NCBI GenBank assembly: GCA_040217195.1
Contig: JAVJNR010000006.1
Location: forward strand, 64,001-128,000
DNA length: 64,000 nucleotides
From: Leptospiraceae bacterium
GTDB taxonomy: Bacteria > Spirochaetota > Leptospiria > Leptospirales > Leptonemataceae
Reading direction: 5' to 3'
Position numbers and translations under genes: made by a program
In this document: positions 9,429 through 19,404 of the stretch, in pieces
Layout of the letters: each line of letters begins with the position of its first letter
Numbering within the stretch: position 1 is the first letter of the stretch
Notes under the pieces: model-generated
Databases searched by the model: none
The model's input: only the letters and a program-made list of their open reading frames with translations
Told to the model about the DNA's origin: nothing

Positions 9429-10628
9429 CTAGGCCACTGTGCTTCGCCTTGCTTCGGCCCGGGCGATGATCTGCTTTTGAATCTCCGATGTGCCGCCGCC
9501 GATTTCTGAGATTTTTATATCTCTATAGAGTCTGCTCACTTTGTATTCATCCATATATCCGGCGCCGCCGTGGATCTGAACAGCCAGGTTTGTGCATTCC
9601 CGGGCGTACTGAGAAGTCATCAATTTAAGTTCCGAGGCCCGGGCAGACATCTCCAGAGTCTCTCCATTATGTTGCATCTTTCCGGCGCCCTGAGCCTGAT
9701 CAAAGAGCCAGGCGGTCTCTAGTAGCATCCACCGGGAAGCTTCCAGTCTTGTTTTAATGTCTGCCAGCATAAAGGCTACACTTTGATGTTTGGCAATCAT
9801 TCTGCCAAAGGACTTTCGCTTTCTTGCAAATCCCCGGCTTTCATCCAGACAGGCTTCCATCACTCCCAGGCAATAGGCGCCCATGGAAAGTCGTTCCAAG
9901 TCAAAAACCTTCATGGTCTGTCGAAATCCAGCCCCTGGTTTGCCCAGGATCTGGGATTCGGAGATAGATACGTTGTCAAAGAATAACTCCCCTGTGGGAG
10001 ATCCCCTGAGTCCCATTTTCTTCAGTGCTTTGCCTCTGGAAACACCCTTCGCTGCAAGATCTACAATGCACAAGGTCAGTCCGGAAGCTCCGGTTGGCTT
10101 GTGTCCATCTTTGCAGTACCTTGCCAGGACCAGAGCGAAATCCGCATTCGGTGCATTTGTGATATAGGACTTACTACCATTCAATAACAGGTGGGAATCA
10201 TGCCGAACGAGTGTAGTGGCCAGACTGGCCACATCGCTGCCAGAACCGGACTCGGTCACAGCCAGGCTTCCTACGCTTTCCCCGGAGATTAGAGAGGGAA
10301 GATATTTACGCTTTTGGTCTTCGCTGCCAAAATGGGCGATGGGCAGTCCAAAAAGGCCTGCGGAAGCACCTGCAGAGAAGAAAGTGGAACCACAATGATA
10401 GGCCAGAATGGACTGGGCCAGTACTGTAGTGAGAAACGTTGCATCCTGGCCACCAAATTCCGATGGATGCAACAGTCCCAGGTATCCAGCTGAGCCCAGT
10501 TTTTTCAGTATTTCGCTGCTAATACCTTCATGCTCAATACAATCTACATTCGGCGCAATTTCCTCTTCGCAGAATCTTCGAAAGGTATTCTGAAATTCTA
10601 ATTGTTCATCGCTCAGGCTCAAGTTCAT
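9429..10628 (-). CDS. Acyl-CoA dehydrogenase (isovaleryl-CoA DH-like catalytic Glu position)
   Basis: TESGSGSD, NGSKSYITN, KMGLRGSPT, DLERL, QIHGGAGY and IGGGTSEIQ. Confidence 0.9.
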   Translation of the reverse strand: MNLSLSDEQLEFQNTFRRFCEEEIAPNVDCIEHEGISSEILKKLGSAGYLGLLHPSEFGGQDATFLTTVLAQSILAYHCGSTFFSAGASAGLFGLPIAHFGSEDQKRKYLPSLISGESVGSLAVTESGSGSDVASLATTLVRHDSHLLLNGSKSYITNAPNADFALVLARYCKDGHKPTGASGLTLCIVDLAAKGVSRGKALKKMGLRGSPTGELFFDNVSISESQILGKPGAGFRQTMKVFDLERLSMGAYCLGVMEACLDESRGFARKRKSFGRMIAKHQSVAFMLADIKTRLEASRWMLLETAWLFDQAQGAGKMQHNGETLEMSARASELKLMTSQYARECTNLAVQIHGGAGYMDEYKVSRLYRDIKISEIGGGTSEIQKQIIARAEARRSTVA

Positions 10629-10732
10629 TGTATTCTCCAGATTCGGTCAGGGATTTAAAGAGATGAGTTGGGTCGCTTCAATCAGTGCTTTGCTTGGAAG
10701 AACTTCCTGGAGCTATCCTTTATTTGGCGCGC

Positions 10733-11884
10733 TCAGGATGCCAGATTGGCTGCAATGATGGAGCGCATCACTTCGGACGTTCCTCCGCCCAGAGTGCCCA
10801 GTCGAGCATCCCTGTAAGCTCGCTCCACAGGATACTCATGGATAAAGCAATAACCGCCAAAGATCTGGCCCATATCATAACCTAACTCAATGGCTGCTTC
10901 TGTGGCATAGAGCTTGGCGATGGAGCTTTCTACAGGTGTGGGAATTCCTTGATCCTTTTTGGACGCGCTGCTATATACCAGTAGTCGGGAGGCATCGATT
11001 TTCATTCTTGCTCGTGCGATCTTATCTTGAATGGCCTGGAAGTTCACTATCGCTTCTCCAAACTGTTTGCGTGCCTTCGCATACTTAATCGCCTCCGCCA
11101 GCATATACTGCATGAAGCCAACGCCGCTGGCAACAAGTACGGTTCTTTCCCATTCAAGGGTAGCACGACCCACACGAAGAAATTCAGTATTCTCCCTGGA
11201 AATCATATTCTCCTCTGGTACTTCCATATCTTGAAAGATAAGCTCACTGGTGGTGCTGGTACGCATGCCCATCTTATTCAATTTACGACCAACGCTGAAT
11301 CCTTTGAAGCTTTTCTCTACAATGAATACGCTAATGCCCATGGGGCCCCGACCTTTATCCGTCACTGCCATGACAGTGAATACATCGCCAATGGGACCAT
11401 TCGTAATGAACATCTTTGAACCATTTAAGATGTAGCGATCGCCCTTCTTTACAGCACGAGTTTCCATGCTACCGGCTGCATCGCTTCCTGAACCGGGCTC
11501 GGTCAATCCCAGGCCAGCGATCCATTCGCCGGTTGCCAGACGAGGTAGATATCGTTGTTTTTGATCTTCGCTGCCGCATAGAACAATGGGCATACTACCT
11601 ATGATCGTATGAGCTCCCCAGGCCAGGGTCAGTCCGCCATCGGTGGACCCGCGGGAAAAGGCCTCCGTAGCAAGGGTGGTGGTTAAACAGTTGGCTCCCT
11701 GTCCTCCGTATTCTTCCGGAAATGGCAGCCCTAAAAGCCCCATGTCTCCCATTTTTTTCCAGATCTCCGGATCCCATCGGCCTTCCAGATCCCTTTGTTC
11801 TGTACTTGGGCGAATCTCATTTTTTGCGAACTCGTACACAGAATCGCGAAAATCCACCAGTTCTTGAGGAAGAGTGAAGTTCAT
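10733..11884 (-). CDS. Acyl-CoA dehydrogenase
   Basis: TEPGSGSD, NGSKMFITNG, KMGMRTS, EWERT, QIFGGY and LGGGTSEV. Confidence 0.9.
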   Translation of the reverse strand: MNFTLPQELVDFRDSVYEFAKNEIRPSTEQRDLEGRWDPEIWKKMGDMGLLGLPFPEEYGGQGANCLTTTLATEAFSRGSTDGGLTLAWGAHTIIGSMPIVLCGSEDQKQRYLPRLATGEWIAGLGLTEPGSGSDAAGSMETRAVKKGDRYILNGSKMFITNGPIGDVFTVMAVTDKGRGPMGISVFIVEKSFKGFSVGRKLNKMGMRTSTTSELIFQDMEVPEENMISRENTEFLRVGRATLEWERTVLVASGVGFMQYMLAEAIKYAKARKQFGEAIVNFQAIQDKIARARMKIDASRLLVYSSASKKDQGIPTPVESSIAKLYATEAAIELGYDMGQIFGGYCFIHEYPVERAYRDARLGTLGGGTSEVMRSIIAANLAS

Positions 11885-11899
11885 GGTTGCATTGCCCGG

Positions 11900-12535
11900 C
11901 TATCTGCCGAAGGACCCTCCATGAATGATTTTCCTTAGCTTCTTTCTTATCTCTTTAATGTCCGATGTGCTGGGCTTGCTATTTCGATAGATGCCCTGGA
12001 CCAGAGCTGTGAGGGTCAATTCCACAGCTCCGAAAAATGCAATGCTTAATAGTTCCGTATCTGTGTCGCTGTCTATGTCGCCGGCCTTCTTGCCGGATTC
12101 AACAATGCCCTGAATTTGGTGCAGAATTGCTCTTGCACTTGCCATTTCACTATCAGGATCCACATTTCCTGAGCGCACCACTTCCTGGACCAGAAGATGA
12201 ATCATCTCCGGATTTGCCAGGTAGGTATCCAGCATATAGTCGCTAATTCGTCCCAGCTTTTCGGTAAGTGATTCCTTCTCCTGGCCAATTCGCGCGATTC
12301 GATCACTGAACCTGGTTGCAACACTTTCCAGAATGGTTTCCAGAACCTTCTCTTTGGAACCGAAGTAATGATATACCAGACCATAGGCAACGTCTGCCTC
12401 GGATGCAATATCTGAAATTCGGGTGCCATGATACCCTTTACGGGCCATCACCTTCACGGCTGCCCGCAAAATCTTATCCTGACTGCCCCTTGCCTGGGAT
12501 TCTTTTGCCTGTCCTCTTGCCACTGTGGGAACCAT
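11900..12535 (-). CDS. TetR/AcrR family transcriptional regulator
   Basis: HTH KGYHGTRISDIASEADVAYGLVYHYFGSKE. Co-oriented with the two acyl-CoA dehydrogenases. Start uncertain. Confidence 0.9.
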   Translation of the reverse strand: MVPTVARGQAKESQARGSQDKILRAAVKVMARKGYHGTRISDIASEADVAYGLVYHYFGSKEKVLETILESVATRFSDRIARIGQEKESLTEKLGRISDYMLDTYLANPEMIHLLVQEVVRSGNVDPDSEMASARAILHQIQGIVESGKKAGDIDSDTDTELLSIAFFGAVELTLTALVQGIYRNSKPSTSDIKEIRKKLRKIIHGGSFGR

Positions 12536-12537
12536 TA

Positions 12538-12562
12538 GACTGATTGACAAATCAGTCAATCA
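12538..12562. promoter_or_regulatory. Two overlapping perfect palindromes, probable TetR operator
   Basis: GACTGATT-N4-AATCAGTC (12538-12557) and TGATTGAC-N6-GTCAATCA (12541-12562), directly upstream of the TetR ATG. Confidence 0.6.
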
Positions 12563-12757
12563 AAAATCTGAATTAGTCACAAATCCGGGAATGCGAGCTT
12601 CTGCAGTCTATTGGAAATTTCACCCTGTTCAGAAGTATGTCTGGCATGAGGTCTCCCAAATACCGACCAGTACTTGAGTTTTTTGCTGCACTGTATTAGA
12701 TTAATAGGAATCCACCCCGAAAGAAGCGGGGTGTAGCAAGACATATAGGAGATTGCA

Positions 12758-13570
12758 ATGCGAACTAGTCGGAAAGTAACAATAACAGGCCTGACCGGAG
12801 CCCTCATGGCTCTGCATTTATTCTCGGTAGGTTGTCAGAAAGAGCCTCTGGTGGAAGGAACGGATCTGGAATATGAGCAAGATGGAAAGCCCTACCTGGG
12901 TTACCTGGCAGTGGATAAAAACCAGGAAGGAAAAAGGCCTGGCATTCTATTGATCCATGAATGGACCGGCCTGGGTGACTATGTAAAGAGAAGAGCCGAT
13001 CAGCTGGCAGCTATGGGATATACGGTATTTGCCATGGATATGTATGGAGAAGGGATTCGGGCTTCCAATCATGATGAAGCGGCGGAGCTAATGACTCAGT
13101 ACAATGAAGATCGTCCTACGATGCGGGCAAGAATGGATCGAGCCATGGAAGTACTGAAAGAGCAGGGAACTGTGGATGGCGACCGAATTGCAGTCATTGG
13201 CTATTGCTTTGGGGGCGGTGCAGCCATTGAATACGCTTTGAGCGGAGGCGAAGTTGATGCCATCGTTAGCTTTCATGGAATGCTTGCCTCTCCCAATCTG
13301 GAAAAGGATGTGGAAAACATTAAAGCATCCATTCAGATTCACCACGGTTCGGATGATGGATTCGTTCCATCAGAAGTCGTAAATAATCTAAAGTCTAATC
13401 TGGAAAAGGCCGGCGTTGACTTCAAGTTCTTCAGTTATCTCGGAGCCGTGCATGGTTTTACTCGGGCCAGCGCTGGCAACGATAAGGAATCCGGAATTGC
13501 CTATAACAAGGAAGCGGATGAGAAATCCTGGGAAAGAATGACAGAGTTTCTGGATTCTGAATTGAAATAA
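12758..13570 (+). CDS. Dienelactone hydrolase family lipoprotein
   Basis: Lipobox SVGC, HEWTG, GYCFGG nucleophile, HHGSDD and AVHGFT. SD GGAG upstream. Confidence 0.9.
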   Translation: MRTSRKVTITGLTGALMALHLFSVGCQKEPLVEGTDLEYEQDGKPYLGYLAVDKNQEGKRPGILLIHEWTGLGDYVKRRADQLAAMGYTVFAMDMYGEGIRASNHDEAAELMTQYNEDRPTMRARMDRAMEVLKEQGTVDGDRIAVIGYCFGGGAAIEYALSGGEVDAIVSFHGMLASPNLEKDVENIKASIQIHHGSDDGFVPSEVVNNLKSNLEKAGVDFKFFSYLGAVHGFTRASAGNDKESGIAYNKEADEKSWERMTEFLDSELK

Positions 13571-13596
13571 TCAGATCGTAGAATGAATCGCAGAGC

Positions 13597-13618
13597 GGGC
13601 CGGCCAGAGTACCGGCCC
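13597..13618. terminator. GC-rich hairpin between convergent genes
   Basis: GGGCCGG-N8-CCGGCCC with only a weak U-tract. Confidence 0.4.
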
Positions 13619-13651
13619 CGTTCTTGTACGTGGTTCGTTAAACGCTACCGA

Positions 13652-14371
13652 TCAATCGTCGCCGCCGAAGAATCCCAGACGAACCAGGAAATAAAGCAAC
13701 GTTGCTATGGAAGTGGCTGCTGCGGCCACATAGGTCCATGCGGCTGCATTTAGAACCTGGCTTACAGCCTTTTGTTCTTGAGGCGAACCCATTCCAATTT
13801 CTGGAAGTACCTTCTTGGCCCGACTGGAAGCATCCAGTTCCACAGGAACGGTCACCAATTGAAAAAGCACCACTGCACTGAATAGAATGACTCCTGCCCA
13901 GGTTATGTAATAACCCAGGGGGCTCTGCATGAACATCATCAATCCTCCGCCCACAAGTATGAGAATCCAGCTCATATTGGAGCCAAATCCGGCAAGTGGC
14001 ACAATTGCAGAGCGAAATCCGAGCAGCGGGTAATCAACCTTATGCTGCACGGCATGTCCCGCTTCATGGGCCGCCACTCCTGCAGCAGCGATACTTGTGG
14101 ATGAATAGGTATCATCCGACAGTCTCAAAGTCTTGCTTGTGGGATCGTAATGATCTGCCAGTGAGCCCCGAATATGCTCAACCTTTACGTTGTGTAGTCC
14201 TTCGCGATCAAGCAGCATTCTTGCCACCTGGGCTCCGGTCAGGCCTCCACTATTCCTGTAGCTGGACCATTTCTTGAACGATGATTTAACCTTAAAGCTG
14301 GCCCACATGCTCAACAAAAGGCATGGACCGATGAATACAAAGTATAGAGGGTCGAAAAAACCTAATCCCAT
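13652..14371 (-). CDS. YugP-like membrane zinc metallopeptidase
   Basis: DHYDP..K.LRLS, AAHEAGHA.QH (HExxH), VPVELDASSRA and AAAWTYVAA. Confidence 0.9.
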   Translation of the reverse strand: MGLGFFDPLYFVFIGPCLLLSMWASFKVKSSFKKWSSYRNSGGLTGAQVARMLLDREGLHNVKVEHIRGSLADHYDPTSKTLRLSDDTYSSTSIAAAGVAAHEAGHAVQHKVDYPLLGFRSAIVPLAGFGSNMSWILILVGGGLMMFMQSPLGYYITWAGVILFSAVVLFQLVTVPVELDASSRAKKVLPEIGMGSPQEQKAVSQVLNAAAWTYVAAAATSIATLLYFLVRLGFFGGDD

Positions 14372-14579
14372 TAATTTCTCCTATTTGCTAATGACTATAC
14401 TGCGCCAGCATCCGGCCGGCAACCAAATTTGCTGAAACGTAAACTCTGTGTCTATATGGTTGAGGATTCTTCTATAATAAGTCGCCAATTAGTTGCTCCT
14501 GTCAAAGTCTGAATTATGGTGCTGGCTCAGAGGGCACGATTCACTAGAGTGTATCTATGAAGCCGGGAAAGGAGCTGGT

Positions 14580-15635
14580 CTAGATTATCAGCGGAATGCT
14601 TCTGGGCACCACAGAGAATAGAAGCATCCTGGCTGCCGGGGCTCCTTCAACGCCCATCATGGGTAATAGTTCTCCGTCAGTTTCTGAATCCATAGTAATG
14701 GTAGGTATTAAAAGGATTCTCTTGGCCTGAAAGGATTGCAAGCCCGGGATTTGATCTACCAGGCCATCATAGAAGTGCCTGCTGTCCGATATCATCTTAT
14801 GCGTGGGTGCAGGGGTCATATGAACTGCATGAAAGTAGCCATCGTCCAGGTAAGCCGGAGGAGCCCAGAGCATTCCACCACCGTTGTATCGGCCATTGCA
14901 GACAAATAGGTTAAGCAGGGGACCGGAGAGCTCTTCCCAGGGGCTATTCTCATCCCTGCAATAAAGTACCCGGGCACTGGTGCTCTTGTAAGATAGGAAG
15001 GTCTTTAGGCTGTGATAATAGTAGGCAAATGCTCCCGATTGAATCCTGGATCGAAACAGGCTGCGAACAATATGCCCGCTCATTCCGCTGGAGGCGATGT
15101 TGATAAATAGTCTTCTCTGGATTTGAGTTTCTTTCTTTAGATCTCGAATCGTTCTTTCCAGTTCCCTTCGCTGCTTCGCATTCCTGGGTAAGCCCAGGTT
15201 CATTATTGGAAGCAACTCCACCTGTCCAATGTCTGCCCAGATCCATCGATTCTGTTGAAGGGCCACATCGTAGCCGTCCGAGAGTTCTCTTAGAGTCCGA
15301 ATAAAGTCGGCCCCGGAATTTAGATCCACAACTCCCAGAGGCACCTTTCGCGATAGAATTCGGTTTCCGTCGAAATAGCCGTTCAATACTTCGTTGATTG
15401 TTCCATCGCCCCCGGCTGCGATGATTTGATCATGGGTACGTCCAAGCAATGCTTCGCGAGTTCGATGACTGGCATCCTGGGGACCTCTTGTTATGTACAG
15501 ATCGAAGTCTGTGAGCTTTTCGCGCAAAGCAGCTTTGACCCGCTCAAATTCTGACAGTCCATCTCCCCGACTTGCAGCGGGGTTCAGAATGATCAGCCGT
15601 CTGGGCTGGCTAGGTTTCTTACGAAAAAAGAACAT
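14580..15635 (-). CDS. Diacylglycerol/lipid kinase family protein (YegS/DgkB-like)
   Basis: ILNPAAS, AAGGDGTINEVLNG, SGADF, NGRYNGGG and DGE. Start uncertain (15635 or 15674). Confidence 0.85.
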   Translation of the reverse strand: MFFFRKKPSQPRRLIILNPAASRGDGLSEFERVKAALREKLTDFDLYITRGPQDASHRTREALLGRTHDQIIAAGGDGTINEVLNGYFDGNRILSRKVPLGVVDLNSGADFIRTLRELSDGYDVALQQNRWIWADIGQVELLPIMNLGLPRNAKQRRELERTIRDLKKETQIQRRLFINIASSGMSGHIVRSLFRSRIQSGAFAYYYHSLKTFLSYKSTSARVLYCRDENSPWEELSGPLLNLFVCNGRYNGGGMLWAPPAYLDDGYFHAVHMTPAPTHKMISDSRHFYDGLVDQIPGLQSFQAKRILLIPTITMDSETDGELLPMMGVEGAPAARMLLFSVVPRSIPLII

Positions 15636-15900
15636 CCAGGATAACTCACCGATACAGCCCGAAATCATCCCCATGAAGTGGATGTGGTTTGCCTTTACCA
15701 GACAATGGGCATTATTTTAAATGCAGTTGAGGGGCCGAATTGCCCTTGAGCCAACGGAATGTGCGGGGCCCCGCCGGATCTGTCAACAATTTAGGCCCGG
15801 TAATATCTGTTAGGTGGAAGCTGAAAATTTTATCTTTCCCTAAAATCTCTGCTGGAGAAGAGGGGATCCTGGTCCTGAATAGGACCGAAGGAGCATTTAC

Positions 15901-16230
15901 GTGCTAGACACAATACCTGAAGACATCCAATACAACAATACATCGCTTATCATTCGCTGGAAAGATGGGAAAGAGTGCTCCTATGATCTGCTCCAGCTAA
16001 GGCGAAAATGTCCCTGCGCACAATGCAGGGGAGGTCATGGTCCTGTGGCCAATCGCCAGACAAATTCCATCGAGCAGATTCGCCTGGTGTCCTGGAAAAA
16101 AGTGGGCCGTTATGCATTACAGCTTACTTTTTCAGACAATCACGATCTTGGCATCTTTACCTATGATTTATTGCGGAAAGGATGCGAAGAGGGAAAAGGC
16201 TACGTCCCACCGGATGAACGCGACCAGTAG
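15901..16230 (+). CDS. DUF971 / GBBH-like N-terminal domain protein
   Basis: LRRKCPCAQC, VGRYALQLTFSDNHDLGIFTYDLL. GGAG SD before a GTG start. Confidence 0.85.
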   Translation: MLDTIPEDIQYNNTSLIIRWKDGKECSYDLLQLRRKCPCAQCRGGHGPVANRQTNSIEQIRLVSWKKVGRYALQLTFSDNHDLGIFTYDLLRKGCEEGKGYVPPDERDQ

Positions 16231-16265
16231 CTCGCGGAATCTTTTTCGATTGTGCAACAAGCATT

Positions 16266-16550
16266 CTAAGCATTTTCACCGGGAAGCCAATCATTTAACT
16301 CCGGAGAAATCATGGGCCGGAAGGCCTCCACATAGGCGCCATTGTGCCATTGTAGATAAGCCAGGATGTAGTCGCCTGTATCTTCTCTGCGATACAGAAT
16401 TCCTTCCCAGCCGCGGTCTACCAATTGCATGACCTGGAGGGTTTTACCATCCCATTCTATGCTTCGTATCTGCGGATTCTTTGAATCTCCGCTCACGGTA
16501 GTGTGGAGTCCTTTTCCTGGTTCTGGATAATCAATCTGTTTGCCAGCCAT
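16266..16550 (-). CDS. Small hypothetical protein
   Basis: Protein-like 94-aa frame from MAGKQIDY. It fills the gap but overlaps the TetR 3' end by 58 nt; a later start is possible. Confidence 0.45.
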   Translation of the reverse strand: MAGKQIDYPEPGKGLHTTVSGDSKNPQIRSIEWDGKTLQVMQLVDRGWEGILYRREDTGDYILAYLQWHNGAYVEAFRPMISPELNDWLPGENA

Positions 16551-17113
16551 TGTATTAAGCCTTTCAAGTCTTCCCTTGTATAAACATTGCCGAGAGGACC
16601 CTTTTGCGGAGTTCCCGCCAGGGGAAAGAAAGAAGAAGTGCAAATCGCAATCCATTTTGCATCCTCCTGTGGCCGAATGACTGAATTGGACGCTCTGGCC
16701 TGCTTGAGAATTTCTTCGATTGTTGTCAGAAACTGCTTCTGAGCTATTTCAGGTGTTTCGGGGGCCCATCGAAACACAGCCTCGGCCAACTCCATGGGGC
16801 CCTTCTGGTTTTCTCCAAAGGGCTGCCAAATATCGAAAAATCCCAGCAAATAGGCATTCAATTTTGACAGGGGCTTCTTTTTGCTATCCAGGATTTCCCT
16901 GGAGAATTCACGATGGCGATCCGCAAATGCAAAAGCAACCTTGCGAACAATGGATTTCTTATCCTTGAAATAGGTGTAGACCGTTCCAACGCCCACTCCG
17001 GCCTGGGTAGCTATGTCCTGGATTGTCGTTCCCTTTACCCCTTTGTTCAGGAACAGGTGGATGGCTGCATCCACCAGGGCTTGATCCTTGTCTCCGCTGC
17101 GAGGTCTAACCAT
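16493..17113 (-). CDS. TetR/AcrR family transcriptional regulator
   Basis: HTH KGVKGTTIQDIATQAGVGVGTVYTYFKDK. Confidence 0.9.
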   Translation of the reverse strand: MVRPRSGDKDQALVDAAIHLFLNKGVKGTTIQDIATQAGVGVGTVYTYFKDKKSIVRKVAFAFADRHREFSREILDSKKKPLSKLNAYLLGFFDIWQPFGENQKGPMELAEAVFRWAPETPEIAQKQFLTTIEEILKQARASNSVIRPQEDAKWIAICTSSFFPLAGTPQKGPLGNVYTREDLKGLIQWLANRLIIQNQEKDSTLP

Positions 17114-17168
17114 AGAATGCCCGTATCAAAATCGCCTCTATTCTCAAGAATACAAAAGGATCCCTGAT

Positions 17169-17516
17169 CTATGATTGGGACGATTCGCTCTGAAAGTAAA
17201 GAAACATTGGAAAGCTAAATGCCAGGCTACCCAGAAATGCAAGAACCAGATAAATCAATACCTGGAGTAAGGATCCTGTTCTTTTAAAGACATACCAGAG
17301 AAACAATGCCAGTAGCATCATCGCTTCAATCATAAATGCCTGTGCCACAGGGTTGGCCATTGCCCGGGCATTTAGCTCTGGCTGAGTCATTAGCGCATGA
17401 AGATAGATTCCATTTGGGCCAATGGCAGCAGCGATTGCAATTAGTAGCAGAACAATGCGCAGGGATTTACTGAGAACTATCTTATTTCCTGAAATGGGCT
17501 GGGTGTGAATTTCCAT
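17169..17516 (-). CDS. Small 3-TM membrane protein (DUF2834-like)
   Basis: Three hydrophobic helices, ANPVAQAFMIEA and GSLAFSFPMFLY. Confidence 0.6.
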   Translation of the reverse strand: MEIHTQPISGNKIVLSKSLRIVLLLIAIAAAIGPNGIYLHALMTQPELNARAMANPVAQAFMIEAMMLLALFLWYVFKRTGSLLQVLIYLVLAFLGSLAFSFPMFLYFQSESSQS

Positions 17517-17686
17517 TAGTGAATATTCGGGAATATTTATTCATTAATCAAGCCCTTTTTACGGAATAATTAATGGCTGAAAATCTGATACGGAAGACAA
17601 GGATTTGGGTAGGATTTACCTGTGGAAGCCTGGCGTCCATTGGCTGTAACGATTATAGGAGGGAATACCGAGGAAAAGAAATACTG

Positions 17687-17760
17687 TGCGCCCAGGAGGA
17701 TTCGAACCTCCGACCTTTTGATTCGTAGTCAAACACTCTATCCAGCTGAGCTATGGGCGC
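17687..17760 (-). tRNA. tRNA-Arg (anticodon ACG)
   Basis: GCGCCCATAGCTCAGCTGGATAGAGTGTTTGACTACGAATCAAAAGGTCGGAGGTTCGAATCCTCCTGGGCGCA folds to a full cloverleaf. CCA is not encoded. Confidence 0.97.
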
Positions 17761-17936
17761 CGCTGATGAATAAAAATAATTGGTGCCCTGTACGGTCAAC
17801 CGGAATGCCAGTTCAAGGATAGCTTTGAGCGGTGAGGATCCATAGTGTGCCGGATAATAGCGGTTCCGGCTTCCATAGAATTACACTGTTGACAATTATC
17901 CGGTACCGGGCCCCAATCTAATGGAGAAATCATAGT

Positions 17937-18743
17937 ATGAATACGCGGAGTAATTCCATGAGTCAAAGCAGTACGGGCCACAAGAAGGGCACAGGCAATC
18001 GTATCTGGCTCGGTGTTCTGATCATTCTTTGCCTGGTCCTGGCAGGTTTTGCTGCTCTGGCCAGTGTGGCCTATTGGAGACTTCAAAGGGAAAGCCGAAC
18101 TAGAATAGTGCATCTGGAGCGAGAGGTGGAATCCAGGCAGGAGCAAATGAATCGGATGCTGAAGGACCAGACCGGTCTGGAGGCCAGTCTGGAAGAAATG
18201 CAACTGGCCCTGGAGCAATTACGTAAAAGGCAGCAAGCGGCCGAGAGTAGATTGGAGAAGTTCAAGTCATTGCTACAGTCATTGCAAACCATGAGGGATG
18301 CAGGATCCCTTACGGTTAAAGTAGTGGATGGACGTGCTGTACTGGCTCTGCCCATCGATATACTATTTCCATCCGGTTCCAGCAATCTATCGCCGCGCGG
18401 TAAAAAGGCTATTCAGGATCTTGCAAAGGTGCTTAAAGAAATCGAAGACCAGAGATTTCAAATCGAGGGTCATACCGATACAGATCCAATTGCTCTGAGG
18501 GGTTATACGAACTGGGAACTTGCATCGGAACGATCTCTGGTTGTGTTACATACAATGATCGCATCTGGAATGGAAGCAAATCGCATCAGTGCGGCCAGTT
18601 ACGGGGCCACTCGGCCCGTTGTGGAAAATCGAAGCCCTGCGAATAAGGCGCTCAATCGCAGGATTGAAATTGTTCTGGTTCCGGATCTATCGGATTTACC
18701 TGGAGCTACTCAGATGCAGGAAATGCTGGATGCACTGGAATGA
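17937..18743 (+). CDS. OmpA/MotB-family peptidoglycan-binding membrane protein
   Basis: N-terminal TM, coiled coil, then ILFPSGS, IEGHTD, NWELASERS, YGATRP and NRRIEI. Confidence 0.85.
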   Translation: MNTRSNSMSQSSTGHKKGTGNRIWLGVLIILCLVLAGFAALASVAYWRLQRESRTRIVHLEREVESRQEQMNRMLKDQTGLEASLEEMQLALEQLRKRQQAAESRLEKFKSLLQSLQTMRDAGSLTVKVVDGRAVLALPIDILFPSGSSNLSPRGKKAIQDLAKVLKEIEDQRFQIEGHTDTDPIALRGYTNWELASERSLVVLHTMIASGMEANRISAASYGATRPVVENRSPANKALNRRIEIVLVPDLSDLPGATQMQEMLDALE

Positions 18744-18791
18744 AATACTGATTAGAACCCACGGGGGATTTGTCCTGCGAAGCAGGAAGGA

Positions 18792-19340
18792 TCAAAAGTC
18801 GATGGCCAGTCCTGGAAGTAGTCCCACGACTATGAAACTTATGGCCAGGCTATAGCCGCTTAAAAAGCTAAAGAAGCTCCATTTCAACCAGTAGAATTTT
18901 CGGCCCAGGATCATGGTGCTCATACGATAAAGGTCGTGCGCCACATGTTTTCCAATTTCATTGGTATCGGAAAGTGCATCGGCCATTTCTTTAACGTAAG
19001 TATCTTCATCGTAATCTTGAATGGAAGAAAAGTGCAGCAGATAATGGAACCTGTCGCCTTTCTTTGTATATTTCTTCGGTAGTAGCGAAATAATAGCGAA
19101 CAGAATGCTCAGCAAGGCTGTTATTACCGCCACCAGGATACTGGGCAGAAAATCCTGGCGACCCACTCCGCTTAATGAGATGGGAATCAGAAATGAGTTA
19201 ATGGTCAGGATTGCATAGGCCCGGCGATCGGCGAAGCCAATGTAGCTCAAATGCTTGGCAATGAGTGCGCTCAGAATAGACCCGCGAAAGGCCGCGGGCC
19301 ATTTCCAATCATCTGCAGTTTGCGGGGACGTTTTGGACAT
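18792..19340 (-). CDS. DUF5706 / Pycsar-effector-like membrane protein
   Basis: H...FADRRAYAIL, two TM helices ending in SLLP, LLHFSSI, then DLY.....LGRKFYWLKWSF and a C-terminal TM. This pattern is typical of the PycTM-type family. Confidence 0.7.
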   Translation of the reverse strand: MSKTSPQTADDWKWPAAFRGSILSALIAKHLSYIGFADRRAYAILTINSFLIPISLSGVGRQDFLPSILVAVITALLSILFAIISLLPKKYTKKGDRFHYLLHFSSIQDYDEDTYVKEMADALSDTNEIGKHVAHDLYRMSTMILGRKFYWLKWSFFSFLSGYSLAISFIVVGLLPGLAIDF

Positions 19341-19404
19341 AGCTTTTGGTCCACCGTAATGAGAGATTTAGCTCTATCTACTAAAAATCGAAATCAGGTT
19401 GTTT

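Noticed and set aside
17520..17543. AT-rich palindromes upstream of the DUF2834-like/TetR genes
   Set aside because: Possibly an operator, but too short and AT-rich to distinguish from chance.
16266..17760. Island integrated at tRNA-Arg
   Set aside because: No duplicated tRNA 3' end or integrase was seen.
17937..18743. Flagellar stator MotB
   Set aside because: It lacks the N-terminal W...(Y/F)AD motif with the essential Asp and has no motA neighbour, so it was kept as a generic OmpA/MotB-domain protein.
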